This document shows positions 9,261 through 19,869 of a DNA stretch of 64,000 bases, piece after piece. The first letter of the stretch is position 1. Every line of letters begins with the position of its first letter. Origin of the DNA: Pirellulaceae bacterium. Lineage in GTDB: Bacteria; Planctomycetota; Planctomycetia; Pirellulales; Pirellulaceae. The notes beneath the pieces are model-generated. The model saw only the letters and a list, made by a program, of their open reading frames with translations. It did not search any database and was not told the origin of the DNA. The stretch is taken from NCBI GenBank assembly GCA_041748315.1, contig JBGTDM010000087.1, positions 3,502 to 67,501 of the forward strand, read 5' to 3'. The translations under genes were made by a program, and so were the position numbers.

Positions 9261-10871
9261 TTACTCGTACCGCAGAGCTTTGACGGGGTGCATCCGCGCC
9301 GCTCGTAATGCGGGCAGCACGCTCGCCAACACGGCGATTAACATCGCCCCAATTGCAACTCCGACGACCATCCATGGGTTCACAATCGTCGGGATACTGT
9401 CAAAGTAATAGATGGTCGGATCAAAGATTTCCCGGCCTGACAAATAGCCAAGGAGGGTGGCAATGTCGTTAATGTAAAGTACAAACAGGAGTCCCAATAC
9501 GATTCCAACGCCGGTTCCTACCGTACCCAAGGAAAGGCCATAGGTAAGAAATATTGACATCACTCCACCACTGGGAGCACCGAGTGATTTAAGGATTCCA
9601 ATATCTTTGGTCTTCTCGACGACGATCATGTAAAACGTTGCCAAAATTCCAAAGCCTGCGACGGCGATGATCAGGAACAATAAAATGTTGAGAATCGTTA
9701 ACTCCAAATTGACAGCGCTCAACAATGGACGTTGCGTATCCTGCCAAGTCTGAATGACATAACCGGTTTCGAAGGGTGGAAACCTGGCTTGCAATTTGTC
9801 GCGTGCAACATCCAGTTTTGTACCCGGTTTCAACTTGATCTGAATCGCAGAAACGCTCGTCATTCCAGTTTCCGGTTGAATCATGCCACGAAGCCTCTGC
9901 ATTTTAGACAACGGCATGAACGCAAACGTGCTGTCGTATTCGTGCATTTTCGAACTATAAAAATCCACCACCGTGCAATTTTCACGAACGGCATTGGGGT
10001 TAGCGCCGGCCGTTGGCAATGTGATGTAAACATCGTCCCCCGGTCGAATCATAAACGATTCCATATTTTCACCCGTTTCAGGGTCTTTGTACTTTCGGCT
10101 GGAAATTGCGATTCCCAAGACGATTCCGGTATGCTGATCGCGCCGCGCGTCGAAGATTTGATCGATGGTCGGACCAGGCAAATGTCGATCAAAGGCATCT
10201 CGCATGGGGGGTGCGCCTGCCGTTGAGGCATTGATTTCGTCAAACTCGTCAATGGTTTTGATCACTTGGGGCAACTTGGGAAGCTCGATCACGCCCGTCA
10301 AATCTTGAGGCACTGGAGCGGATTGCCGATTCATTTGCACCAACCTCTCGTACTGCAGATTGGCCTCTTCGTTCCACGCTGCAATCATCCTGCGATGTTC
10401 CCAGCCGCACACGCCCAACGACTCATCATAGCCATCCGCTTGCAGCTCAAAACTGAGCTTTTTTCGATGATTTGTATTCATCAAGAAGGGGTGAAAATCG
10501 GTGACTTGTCCAAACGATTGATCGTCGATGCCAATGAGCAAGATCTGCTGTGTCATTGGGAAACCATTCACCTCGAAGTGCATCAAGGCTGGAACTCGCA
10601 CCACCGCCGTCAATTGCTCAAGATCGTCACCTAGAACTTGCTTGATCTCGTGGATGTGATACTCCGGATGATAGATGACTCCCAACCCAGGAGCTGCGAT
10701 TTCTACATCGGACAGGATACCATGCAGTCGTGCATGCATTTCGGTGATGAAGCCAGCCATCACACTATTCACGACAATCAACGTCGCTACACCCAAAGTC
10801 ACGCTGACCACCGAGGCCAATGCAATAAATCGGGTCCGTAGGTACCGCCAGGAAAGCAGTAGTTTATACAT
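9261..10871 (-). CDS. FtsX-family ABC permease (LolC/LolE-like)
   Basis: N-terminal LSWRYLRTRF plus a TM helix, a large periplasmic loop, and a C-terminal FtsX region (KDIGILKSLGA, three TM helices). ATG at 10871. Confidence 0.8.
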   Translation of the reverse strand: MYKLLLSWRYLRTRFIALASVVSVTLGVATLIVVNSVMAGFITEMHARLHGILSDVEIAAPGLGVIYHPEYHIHEIKQVLGDDLEQLTAVVRVPALMHFEVNGFPMTQQILLIGIDDQSFGQVTDFHPFLMNTNHRKKLSFELQADGYDESLGVCGWEHRRMIAAWNEEANLQYERLVQMNRQSAPVPQDLTGVIELPKLPQVIKTIDEFDEINASTAGAPPMRDAFDRHLPGPTIDQIFDARRDQHTGIVLGIAISSRKYKDPETGENMESFMIRPGDDVYITLPTAGANPNAVRENCTVVDFYSSKMHEYDSTFAFMPLSKMQRLRGMIQPETGMTSVSAIQIKLKPGTKLDVARDKLQARFPPFETGYVIQTWQDTQRPLLSAVNLELTILNILLFLIIAVAGFGILATFYMIVVEKTKDIGILKSLGAPSGGVMSIFLTYGLSLGTVGTGVGIVLGLLFVLYINDIATLLGYLSGREIFDPTIYYFDSIPTIVNPWMVVGVAIGAMLIAVLASVLPALRAARMHPVKALRYE

Positions 10872-10935
10872 CAATCATCCTTGATTTTCTGTGGAAAAGG
10901 GGAGGTCGGCCCGTCGCTCTGACGGCCCGCCAAGT

Positions 10936-12519
10936 TTAACTCTTTGTCGATTCTGATCGCATCAGCGGAAATAAAATCACATCGCGAATCGATTGCGAAT
11001 CCGTCAACAACATCACCAACCGATCAATGCCGATTCCCAATCCTCCTGCGGGCGGCATTCCATTTCGCAACGCTCGAACAAAATCGAGATCCATTCTGGC
11101 CATCGAGTCTTCCGTTGAAAGCCCAGCCAATTGGGTTTCGAACAGTCGCTGTTGCAAATCGGGATCGTTCAGTTCCGTATATGCGTTAGCTAATTCGACA
11201 CCGCATACGAACAATTCAAACCGCTCGGCAATCGTCGGGTCATTCGCCTTTCGCTTGGTCAACGGGCAAATACTCGCGGGATAGTCGATGACAAACAGGG
11301 GACCGAGCAACGCATCTTCGACTTTGGCTTCGAAAATCTCGTTTTTGATCACGTCAGCATGCTTGGCATCAACCTCCAATCCAATTGACTTGGCATAATC
11401 TTTTACTGCGCCTTCGTCTAATGGGTCAACGCCGGTATGCTCGGCTAGCAAATCATTGTATGGACGTCTTTCAAACGGAGGCGATAAATCAAGCTTCTGT
11501 TCACCCCACGTTACCAGCGTTCCCAATCCGATGGCTTTGCTAGCGTTGGCGATCACGGCCTCGGTCAAGTCCATCATCGATTCATAATTTCCATAGGCCT
11601 GATAGACCTCCAGCATCGTGAATTCCGGATTGTGTCGCGGACTGATACCCTCATTTCGGTAAACGCGTCCAAGTTCGTAGACTCGCTCAAGTCCACCGAC
11701 CATCAGTCGCTTTAAATGTAACTCCAAAGCAATTCGCATGAACAGGTCCATGCCCAAGGCATTATGAAATGTCTCAAAAGGCCTCGCGGCGGCGCCCCCG
11801 GCAATGGTATGAAGCGTGGGGCCTTCGATTTCCACAAATTGATGCTGGTCTAATGTGTTACGGATCGACTGCACGATCTTGGTGCGATTCAAAAACCGTT
11901 CGCGTGATTCCGAATTGTAAGCCAGATCGATATAACGAAGGCGTTGCCGAAGTTCAGGGTCGACGAGCCCGACATGCTTTGCTGGAGGGGGTTCGATGGT
12001 CTTGGTTAAGAAATGAATCTTCTCGGCAAAGATCGACAGTTCACCTCGCATCGTCATCTTCAATTCACCATCGACGCCGATCAGATCACCGAGATCGAGA
12101 TTTTGGACCAGTTGCCAGTTCTCTTCACCAACCTGGTTCTTTCCAATAAAAAGCTGGATCGTGCCAGTCCAATCCTGTAAATCGATGAATTGAAGCTTCC
12201 CAGTATCGCGATGTAGGACAATGCGTCCGGCCGCGCGAACTTGCGGACCGACTAACTCGCCACCCCCATGTTCTTGCTTCCAAGCTCGTAAATCGAAACC
12301 GTCATAAAACTGAGGACCGTCAATCAACTGGCCATCGGTGGTTTGGAACTTGATCTCATCTTCCCGAGCCCGGATATCGCTAATCCAACTGCGGTTGTCA
12401 AACCGCCCACCCCACGGGTCGATGCCTAACGCAACGATATTTTTAAGTTTAGCGCGGCGCGCGGCAATCACCGCATTGATATCCTCAGGCTCCTCGGCCT
12501 CACTTCTAGTTTCACTCAT
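10936..12519 (-). CDS. lysS: Lysine--tRNA ligase (class II)
   Basis: Class II motifs FVEIEGPTLH, RVYRNEGISPRHNPEFTMLE and GGLGIGIDRLVMLL. The likely start is the ATG at 12519 (MSETRSEAEE) or the one at 12534. The ORF extends to 12651. Confidence 0.9.
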   Translation of the reverse strand: MSETRSEAEEPEDINAVIAARRAKLKNIVALGIDPWGGRFDNRSWISDIRAREDEIKFQTTDGQLIDGPQFYDGFDLRAWKQEHGGGELVGPQVRAAGRIVLHRDTGKLQFIDLQDWTGTIQLFIGKNQVGEENWQLVQNLDLGDLIGVDGELKMTMRGELSIFAEKIHFLTKTIEPPPAKHVGLVDPELRQRLRYIDLAYNSESRERFLNRTKIVQSIRNTLDQHQFVEIEGPTLHTIAGGAAARPFETFHNALGMDLFMRIALELHLKRLMVGGLERVYELGRVYRNEGISPRHNPEFTMLEVYQAYGNYESMMDLTEAVIANASKAIGLGTLVTWGEQKLDLSPPFERRPYNDLLAEHTGVDPLDEGAVKDYAKSIGLEVDAKHADVIKNEIFEAKVEDALLGPLFVIDYPASICPLTKRKANDPTIAERFELFVCGVELANAYTELNDPDLQQRLFETQLAGLSTEDSMARMDLDFVRALRNGMPPAGGLGIGIDRLVMLLTDSQSIRDVILFPLMRSESTKS

Positions 12520-13105
12520 GCGATTCGTTGTCATTAAAAAGGGCTTGGATATTGCTGAAACAAGCGGGCTCCGCACTTGTTCTCGTCGGCATTGGTACTG
12601 GACTTCACAAACGTTGGGTTTCGGATAATTATCTTGAAAGATCTGTATCAACCTCCGCGAGCCAACGCCGGAATCCGATCTATTCTAGCTTGTTTCTGCC
12701 ATCTTGCACGCGGGCATCGATTATCGTCCAGCGATAGGTGAAGTCTTTTCAAATCGTTTTTTGGGGTACCGTCGTTCTCAAATGCAGCGCTCTCGGCTGG
12801 CTGTTCTCAGCCTCAGGTGCCTCAGTGCTTCGCTCCATTCTTAGTGCGGGCCAGGCCCGGGGACTCAATATGTGAACACCTTGCGCCCGGATTACCGTCT
12901 GAGTGCAGAAAAAGTGATCGATGTCGCTGATCCAACAATGTTGGCGGAGGCTACATGAGGCCGCGATGGAGGTCCTGGACGGGTGATGTGCCAACCTGTG
13001 CCGCACATGGTGGCAAGTCACTCAGAAAAATCGAAGTGAACGCACGTTTAATCGCAGCCCAACCTGCCATTGCGCTTGAGCAGCACAAGCGGCGGGAGGA
13101 ATACT

Positions 13106-13936
13106 TCAATTCGTGAACCTGGCGACGATTCGATTCGCCAAGGTCGGGAACAATCGATCCAGCCAAACTAGTCCCCAGCCCGACCATGAAAGGATGATTT
13201 CATTCCGGCCGTTTTTCATCGCTGCGATGGTCTTGCGGGCGACGTGGGTGGGCGACTGGGCCTGCGAGAGCTTCCAAGGCTTGCCTGTCGAATTCTCCAA
13301 CACCGAGTCAAAAAATTCACTGTCGGTTGTACTCGGGCTGACCAATAATACATCGATCCCGGACTCGACCAACTCCGCTCGCAATGCATCGGAGAATCCG
13401 TGCAACGCGAATTTGCTGGCGCAGTATTCACTTTTGAGTGGCACCGCGCGATGGCCAAGCACGCTGCTGACATTGACAATCAACGGTCGGTTCTCTGCAT
13501 GCATGTAAGGGATCGCCATTCGAGTCAACTCGGCCGGAGCAAAAAAGTTGACTTCCATCACTTTTCGAAGTCTTTCCGCCTGTGCGTGGACGTATGCGCC
13601 GATCGCACCGACACCCGCATTGTTGATCAACACATCGATGCCTCCCCAAGCGTGAACGGCCGTCTCGATCACTTTTAAGCGACAAGCGGGATCACAGATA
13701 TCGCCAGGTACAACCAGGTATTGGTTGGCATTTTCCTCGTCGCTGCTCGTCGCTGATTGCACGTTGGATGAATTGTCCCGTAGGGCATTGGCTAAATCTT
13801 GAAGTCGATCCTCACGACGCGCGGTCAATAGGAGCCGACTCGTGACATTGGCAAGTTGATTGGCCAATTCAAATCCGATACCTGATGAGGCACCGGTGAT
13901 GATGATGCGTTTGTTATCCAAATCACGGCGGGCCAT
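13106..13936 (-). CDS. SDR-family oxidoreductase
   Basis: ITGASSGIG, NNAG and YCASK motifs. The ATG overlaps the hflX stop (TGATG at 13934-13938). Confidence 0.8.
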   Translation of the reverse strand: MARRDLDNKRIIITGASSGIGFELANQLANVTSRLLLTARREDRLQDLANALRDNSSNVQSATSSDEENANQYLVVPGDICDPACRLKVIETAVHAWGGIDVLINNAGVGAIGAYVHAQAERLRKVMEVNFFAPAELTRMAIPYMHAENRPLIVNVSSVLGHRAVPLKSEYCASKFALHGFSDALRAELVESGIDVLLVSPSTTDSEFFDSVLENSTGKPWKLSQAQSPTHVARKTIAAMKNGRNEIILSWSGWGLVWLDRLFPTLANRIVARFTN

Positions 13937-15312
13937 CAGGCGACATCATCCATCGCTTGGTGAATAGAAGCCGGTTTTATATCGGGCGCAAGACGCGAAC
14001 GCTGCTCATCAGATGTCGCAGGTGATTCATCCTGATCCCGGTCATGAACCACGATTTCCTCAGCGAGGATTCGCCCCAAGTATTTCTGAGGAATTCGACA
14101 ATGCACAATCGCTCGATCAGCTTCGTAACGAGTCGACAGGACTTCACCATGTTCCGCCAAGTAAGCCATCAGGCGACCATTGCCAACATCCGTCACAATG
14201 TCCACATTGCGGAATGCCCTGCTGAGCGCATCGCTTACGGCCACCGCCAATCGCTCCATTCCGAGCCCGGTTTTGGCACTAACCTTAATCGCGTGTGGAT
14301 AGCGACTTTGTAACCGTTCAAGGTGCTTTTGCGCGTCTGGGTGATCGACTTTGTTGAGAATTAACAGGGTGTCCTTTTCATCGATCTCGAGTTCGCGTAA
14401 AACGCCGTACACGGCGCCGATCTGTTCAATCACCGCTTCGTTACTGGCGTCGGCAACATGCAACAACAAGTCTGCTTTGCGTGTCTCTTCCAAGGTGGCT
14501 CGAAAACTGGCGATTAAATTATGCGGAAGATCTCGAATAAAACCGACGGTATCACTAAGTAGAACCGGTCCCCAACTCGGCAACTGCCAGCGTCGAGTTC
14601 GGGTGTCGAGCGTCGCAAAGAGCTTGTCTTCGGCCAACACGTCGGCGTTGGTCAGCAGATTCATCAATGTGCTCTTGCCTGCGTTGGTATAGCCAACGAT
14701 CGAAACGGTCATAAAACCGCGGCGGGATGATACGGTTCGCTGCTTTCGCAATTCAACCTGTTTGAGCTCTTGCTTTAGGTCGCTGATTCGCTTCTCGACG
14801 AGTCGGCGGTCGGTTTCCAATTGTTTTTCACCAGGACCGCGCATCCCAACCCCCATTTTAATACGGGACAAGTGGGTCCACATTCGCTTGAGCCGGGGGA
14901 GCGAGTATTCAAGTTGTGCCAACTCGACGGCGAGTCGCGCCTCGTAGGTTTTCGCATGCGTGGCAAAAATGTCCAGAATCAACTCGGTCCGATCGAGTAC
15001 TTTGACCTTCAACTCCTTTTCCAGATTTCGCCGTTGACCGGGTGACAGGTCGTTATCAAATAAGACGACATCGGCAGCGTGAAATTCAACCAGTCGAGCA
15101 AGTTCTTCGACCTTCCCCTTACCGAGATAAGTCGTGGTGTCCGGCTTCTCACGTCGTTGCGTCATCGAACCCAACACCAGAGCTCCCGACGTCTCAGCCA
15201 AGCCCGTGATCTCAGCCAACGGGTCGAATTCAAGCGGATGGTCGGGAAGAATGACTCGCACGACGATGGCGATTTCATTCTGGATCGAGTGCGGTTTTGC
15301 GCGATCGTACAC
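13936..15312 (-). CDS. hflX: GTPase HflX
   Basis: HflX N-terminal domain (LFDNDLSPGQRRNLE), G1 motif GYTNAGKSTL, G3 motif DTVGFI, NKVD. GTG start. Confidence 0.9.
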   Translation of the reverse strand: MYDRAKPHSIQNEIAIVVRVILPDHPLEFDPLAEITGLAETSGALVLGSMTQRREKPDTTTYLGKGKVEELARLVEFHAADVVLFDNDLSPGQRRNLEKELKVKVLDRTELILDIFATHAKTYEARLAVELAQLEYSLPRLKRMWTHLSRIKMGVGMRGPGEKQLETDRRLVEKRISDLKQELKQVELRKQRTVSSRRGFMTVSIVGYTNAGKSTLMNLLTNADVLAEDKLFATLDTRTRRWQLPSWGPVLLSDTVGFIRDLPHNLIASFRATLEETRKADLLLHVADASNEAVIEQIGAVYGVLRELEIDEKDTLLILNKVDHPDAQKHLERLQSRYPHAIKVSAKTGLGMERLAVAVSDALSRAFRNVDIVTDVGNGRLMAYLAEHGEVLSTRYEADRAIVHCRIPQKYLGRILAEEIVVHDRDQDESPATSDEQRSRLAPDIKPASIHQAMDDVA

Positions 15313-15618
15313 AGGTAAGGTGTCGCTCCTTTGTGGTTTAGTTCAAGTTACGAGAGTTGGGGGGTTCAGAACAAGATGCATTCAGAGGCAAGCTCAATTG
15401 CATCAACCGGAACCCGCATCGAATCAATGACAGTCGTTTACAATACGCTGTTCACCTAAATCTTAGCACATCGATCAAAAAAGTGAAATTTGGCGACATT
15501 TCACTTGGAAAAAATAGTAAAACCCTGCTGCTTTTCACCCGCTCGCTCGGATTTTTGCGACAATTGAGTCAAGCGACGATAACGCTGGTCCCGGTTCGTA
15601 AACAGACTGTTGGAAATG

Positions 15619-16764
15619 TTATTCGTTTTCTCGACTTCCGGCAGAATGATCACGGGGCGAATCATCAACGGGAATCACAGTTGCGTCAACTTCTTTCGAC
15701 GGTTCTTCTGCTGACAAGTCCGGTTTGAGCGTCAATAACACGCGCGTGCCTCTGGCAGGGATATTGTCAGTGAACGCCTCAAACATCCAATTCCCTTCCA
15801 TATCGCTGCTTTCGATCGGCAGATCCATTGTCGCGATGGTAAAGTTAGAGACGCATACGAGCATTCCTGCATCACCACCGTAAAGCGTTTCACCTGTGTT
15901 AGGATCTTCCTGGGTAATACTCCCACCGAAAACCCAATCGATATGAAGCGCTTTTCGCGAAATTGAATTAAGGACCATCGACTTGGCATCGACCGTCTTC
16001 GGTTGGCCGTCTTCCAACCAGGTGACATCGATACGAATTTTTGTGCCGGAGGCTGGAACATACTCTGGATCGTAGCTGACAGGCGAGCCTACGACGGCTC
16101 CAACAGCCAGCAGTGCCGCATGGACGTTGAAAGCCGACGAGTTGACCGCTACAACCGACTCATGCTCTTTCAGAAAGGCAGGACAGGCGAACATCTCCAA
16201 TATACCGCGACGCAAACAAATCCGTCCGCCAACGACGACATGTTTACTTTTCATGTCCACCCAAATCTCTTCGTCTTGTGAAAGCCGTATCCACGACTCG
16301 TCAATCGGAGGCAGCACAGAATCACGTACGAGCCGATCTTCGACGTAATCGTCTTCGCTATAATCGTCCAGGGAATCCATTTCATCATCACCATCGAGCT
16401 CGACACCATCTTTTTTGAGCTCTGAGTCTTGCAATTGTGGACGGCCCTCATCCCGCCCTTCAAATGCAGTTGCGTCGCGGACATTTTTCGGTTGTTGCAA
16501 GATGATTGAATTCTGAGCGGACGATTCGCTTTCACCGCCCGTTGGCGCGGAATCAGGTGGACGCTTTGTTATGCTGTCCTCAATTTCATCGGAATCCGAA
16601 GCTTGTGATGCGGGCTTGCTGGACTGGGGAGCTTCAATCGCGTGATCGCGTGACGTGGATGGCACAGCCTGGCTTTGATCGGTATCATTTGCCGTTCGTT
16701 GGCAACCGCAAAGTAACACGCAAGCGATCATCGCAGTCAACTTCAGCAGATTTCGATCTAACAT
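15619..16764 (-). CDS. Lipoprotein with acidic low-complexity N-terminal region and conserved C-terminal domain (possibly YdjY-like)
   Basis: The signal/lipobox MLDRNLLKLTAMIACVLLCGC is followed by a D/E/S-rich stretch. The C-terminal region (ILEMFACP..NVHAALLAVGA) resembles what I recall as the YdjY domain, but this is not verified. Confidence 0.45.
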   Translation of the reverse strand: MLDRNLLKLTAMIACVLLCGCQRTANDTDQSQAVPSTSRDHAIEAPQSSKPASQASDSDEIEDSITKRPPDSAPTGGESESSAQNSIILQQPKNVRDATAFEGRDEGRPQLQDSELKKDGVELDGDDEMDSLDDYSEDDYVEDRLVRDSVLPPIDESWIRLSQDEEIWVDMKSKHVVVGGRICLRRGILEMFACPAFLKEHESVVAVNSSAFNVHAALLAVGAVVGSPVSYDPEYVPASGTKIRIDVTWLEDGQPKTVDAKSMVLNSISRKALHIDWVFGGSITQEDPNTGETLYGGDAGMLVCVSNFTIATMDLPIESSDMEGNWMFEAFTDNIPARGTRVLLTLKPDLSAEEPSKEVDATVIPVDDSPRDHSAGSRENE

Positions 16765-17073
16765 AAAAACTCTTTCTTCGTCTAAGTCGAAAAGCCATGC
16801 ACAAACGGTTGGCGAACAGACAAGTGGCTAAATACAAACAGCGTGTTTCATTCATGATTCTACGCAACTTCATTGTTCACTCAACCTGAAAACATTTTTT
16901 CGCGGCGGGTTCGTATCGTCACCGAAAAGGTGCTACCGGCGAATGGGGTATTTCTTAACATCGCCGAGTTCGCATGGTAGATGCGAATTGCGAGCTTATT
17001 CCAACACCAGTCGTTTCAGGTATGCACTTGACCATCCATAACCACAACCCGATGCCGAAACAAAATAGCACCA

Positions 17074-18009
17074 TCAAGATTGCGCCAAATTTCGGAGTAC
17101 TTTCGGTAGAGGGAATTGGACACTCTCACTTCTCACCTCGCGCACTTCAACATCGGCGTCGTAACGATGCTCCAACCATTCGATGCATTGTTGAACGACG
17201 GTTTCCGGTGCGCTGGCACCAGCGGTAACGAGTACGGTTTTCGTGTCAGCAAACCATTCCGGTCGCAGATCCAAAGGACCATCGATAAGATACGCTGGAA
17301 TCCCGACATCGTTGGCAAGTTCACGCAATCGTTGGCTATTGGAACTGTTTTGACTTCCTAGCACAACACAGATGTCGGCTTCCTTCGCTAAACTGCGAAC
17401 CGCTTCCTGCCGATTCTGTGTCGCATAACAGATATCATCTTTTGGCGGACTAACAAGACTCGGATATTTTGATCGCAATCGCTCAATAATTCGATTGGCG
17501 TCATCGACAGATAATGTCGTCTGAGTCAGATAGGCAACCCTGGAATCAAGCGGCACGGTCAGGCGATCGACGTCCTCGACCGATTCGACCAGAATCATTG
17601 CGTCCGGTGCTTCGCCCATCGTGCCAATGACTTCATCGTGGCCATCGTGACCAATTAGAAAAATCGTATACCCTTCTTTGGCATACTTGATCGCCTCGAG
17701 ATGGACCTTCGTGACCAGTGGGCAAGTGGCATCGATGGCATTGAGTTTTCGCTGTCTTGCGATTGCACGAATTTCTGGGGAGATTCCATGAGCGGAAAAC
17801 AACAAGTTCGCCCCCATTGGAACTTCCGCCAAATCATCGACAAAGATTGCACCACGATTGGTGAATGAACGCACAACGTATTGATTATGAACGATCTCAT
17901 GATAGACGTAGATTGGCGTTCCGAACGCTTGAATTGCAAGATCAAGGCTATCGATCGCCATATGAACGCCCGCACAAAATCCTCGCGGACTGGCCAAAAG
18001 CACTTTCAT
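17074..18009 (-). CDS. ispH: 4-hydroxy-3-methylbut-2-enyl diphosphate reductase
   Basis: The ATG at 18009 is preceded by a GGAGG ribosome-binding site. Motifs PRGFCAGV, HEIVHN and SAHG, plus Cys ligand contexts. Confidence 0.9.
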   Translation of the reverse strand: MKVLLASPRGFCAGVHMAIDSLDLAIQAFGTPIYVYHEIVHNQYVVRSFTNRGAIFVDDLAEVPMGANLLFSAHGISPEIRAIARQRKLNAIDATCPLVTKVHLEAIKYAKEGYTIFLIGHDGHDEVIGTMGEAPDAMILVESVEDVDRLTVPLDSRVAYLTQTTLSVDDANRIIERLRSKYPSLVSPPKDDICYATQNRQEAVRSLAKEADICVVLGSQNSSNSQRLRELANDVGIPAYLIDGPLDLRPEWFADTKTVLVTAGASAPETVVQQCIEWLEHRYDADVEVREVRSESVQFPLPKVLRNLAQS

Positions 18010-18473
18010 AAATTCCTCCAACTCGTATCATAGTCGACCGCAGGCAGTCCGGCGAGGTAACGTGTTGTTTTTGAGAGTTAATTGGATCGAAACCGTGTGA
18101 ATCTATTTTTTGTAAGTCGCCACTCGTTGTCAGCCGATACGGGGGGTAACAACGCAACGGAATCCAGTGTTTATTGTTTGTGTCGCGAGTTTCGCTGTCA
18201 ATGCAATTCAATGCTCAACTTCGGAAGAGTTCCTGATGGTCTGCAATGCCGACGTAGGTTTCGATTCGTAGTTCCTCTAGACCCATCGACCGAACCTACA
18301 ATTCAGTTGACCACTCATGTGGCTGCATGGCAAAAACCTCGCACGTGATCCGTACCTGACCGCAGCTTCGACGCCATGAATTGATTGGGCCGAGATCGGT
18401 CTCATCGGGAGTACCGAAGCTTGATAAAAATCGTTAGAATAGGTCGCCATCGCGTAGGAAGGAAGAAATTGAA

Positions 18474-19397
18474 ATGCCAGGCACCAACGAATCGATCCAA
18501 TCAAAACCTGTTTCCCTGTCCGAAAGCAATCATGTATGCGATCAGTTGACTCGCAAACATTTTCGTGACTATCGTTGGGTCGTTGGCAACCTGCCTCGGG
18601 AGCAACGCGACCAGGTTTTTGCATTGACGGCCTATTTGACGCGAGCCCTTGAACTGATGGACTCGCAAGTCTCGGCAATCGCTCGACGAGACGAATGGCA
18701 GGAATGGCGTGATCAAGTTCGTGATGGATTGCGTAACAATTTTCGATTGCCGGAGTTGCCTGCGATTGTCGACGCCGTGAATCGGCTTGAAATTCCGCGC
18801 GAGTATCTATTCGATGTGCAGGCGGGAGTCGAATTAGCGATCCGCTGCAAGAAATTTGAGGCATTCGACCAATGGATGCAAATGGCATCGCGAATTGGTG
18901 GATCAATGATGCTCGCCATGGTGCATGTCCTCGGTTTCGAAAAGCCGGGATTTGAGGAAGCTGCAATGGCTTGTGGCGAGGCTTTTTTTCTGGTGCAACT
19001 CATGGATGAAATGGGAAATGGATTCCATAATCTGATGCTGTATGCACCACGCATGATCGCGAGAAACTGTAACGTCCATTTGGAAGGTATCAATCCGAAA
19101 AATCCTGGTGTGGAATATGCTCGATTTATTCGATCCTTGACTGCCCGAATCGAGCCAAAATTCGAACAGGGTGGGAAACTCGTTAACTTCATGTCGTTCG
19201 ACGGTAAGCGAGTCATCCGATCACTGGTGGCCATCCACTGGCAGATGTTCGTTAAAATGAAACAACACCCGGAATTCGTATTGCAACGGCGACATCAATT
19301 AAGTGCAAAAGAGATGTTGCAGTTGCGGTTTAAACATTTGATGGGCCTGGAGGGGCACGTGCCGGTGATCCATGAAGGATCGTCCAACCATCATTGA
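18474..19397 (+). CDS. Squalene/phytoene synthase-family protein with degenerate Asp-rich motifs
   Basis: The pattern matches the SQS/PSY fold: LPREQRDQVFALTAYLTRALELMD; FEAFDQWMQMASRIGGSMML; GEAFFLVQLMDEMGNG. Both canonical DxxxD-type motifs are altered. Confidence 0.55.
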   Translation: MPGTNESIQSKPVSLSESNHVCDQLTRKHFRDYRWVVGNLPREQRDQVFALTAYLTRALELMDSQVSAIARRDEWQEWRDQVRDGLRNNFRLPELPAIVDAVNRLEIPREYLFDVQAGVELAIRCKKFEAFDQWMQMASRIGGSMMLAMVHVLGFEKPGFEEAAMACGEAFFLVQLMDEMGNGFHNLMLYAPRMIARNCNVHLEGINPKNPGVEYARFIRSLTARIEPKFEQGGKLVNFMSFDGKRVIRSLVAIHWQMFVKMKQHPEFVLQRRHQLSAKEMLQLRFKHLMGLEGHVPVIHEGSSNHH

Positions 19398-19443
19398 AGT
19401 GCCAAGTTCATCTTCGATTAATCTAAAACCAAAAATAGAAATC

Positions 19444-19596
19444 ATGCCGAAATTTTTGAGTGTTGTGATCGTATCCTTAATTCTGGGGATCGCCTGTGGT
19501 TGGGTGCTTTTTGCATTGGTTTATTTTAATGTCGATGAAACATTTGAGCCTCGAAACCCAGCAGCGACCTCGAACGAGTTTCGTCCATCGGAATAG
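19444..19596 (+). CDS. Small single-pass membrane protein (hypothetical)
   Basis: The ATG at 19444 gives MPKFLSVVIVSLILGIACGWVLFALVYF... (50 aa). Only ORF and hydrophobicity evidence supports it. Confidence 0.3.
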   Translation: MPKFLSVVIVSLILGIACGWVLFALVYFNVDETFEPRNPAATSNEFRPSE

Positions 19597-19869
19597 AAAC
19601 AGATCAAGTCGTTTCGCCTCGCGACGATAGCAATTGCGTAAAATCATTACGGAATGTGCAAAGTTCGGAGTTTACCAGATCGAACAAAATCATTATGCTG
19701 AAGAGGCATCTAGACGTTTCATCAGTGGTTTCGGTGACAATCGCTGAGGAACCTGCGATTTAATGGTTTCTTGCCATGTTTCAGGTTGGGGAAGTTTTCC
19801 GATATCCTCGCTTGTCGGCGAACCGCAATTGGAAATCTGGATAGGCATTCGCATCGATCTCTCAATTTC

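Noticed and set aside
12652-13105. A gap of about 450-590 bp between the SDR 3' end and the lysS start. I checked whether it holds a structured RNA gene (SRP RNA, RNase P, tmRNA, riboswitch).
   Set aside because: I could not find the conserved cores by eye (for example GGAAGCAGC for SRP, GAGGAAAGTCC for RNase P, or a tmRNA-type T-arm plus CCA). It is left unannotated. An Infernal/Rfam scan would settle it.
18277-18966. A 229-aa minus-strand ORF overlapping the SQS/PSY-like gene.
   Set aside because: It has an Arg/Pro/Ser-rich composition typical of antisense frames. The + strand ORF has an RBS, an ATG and a family pattern.
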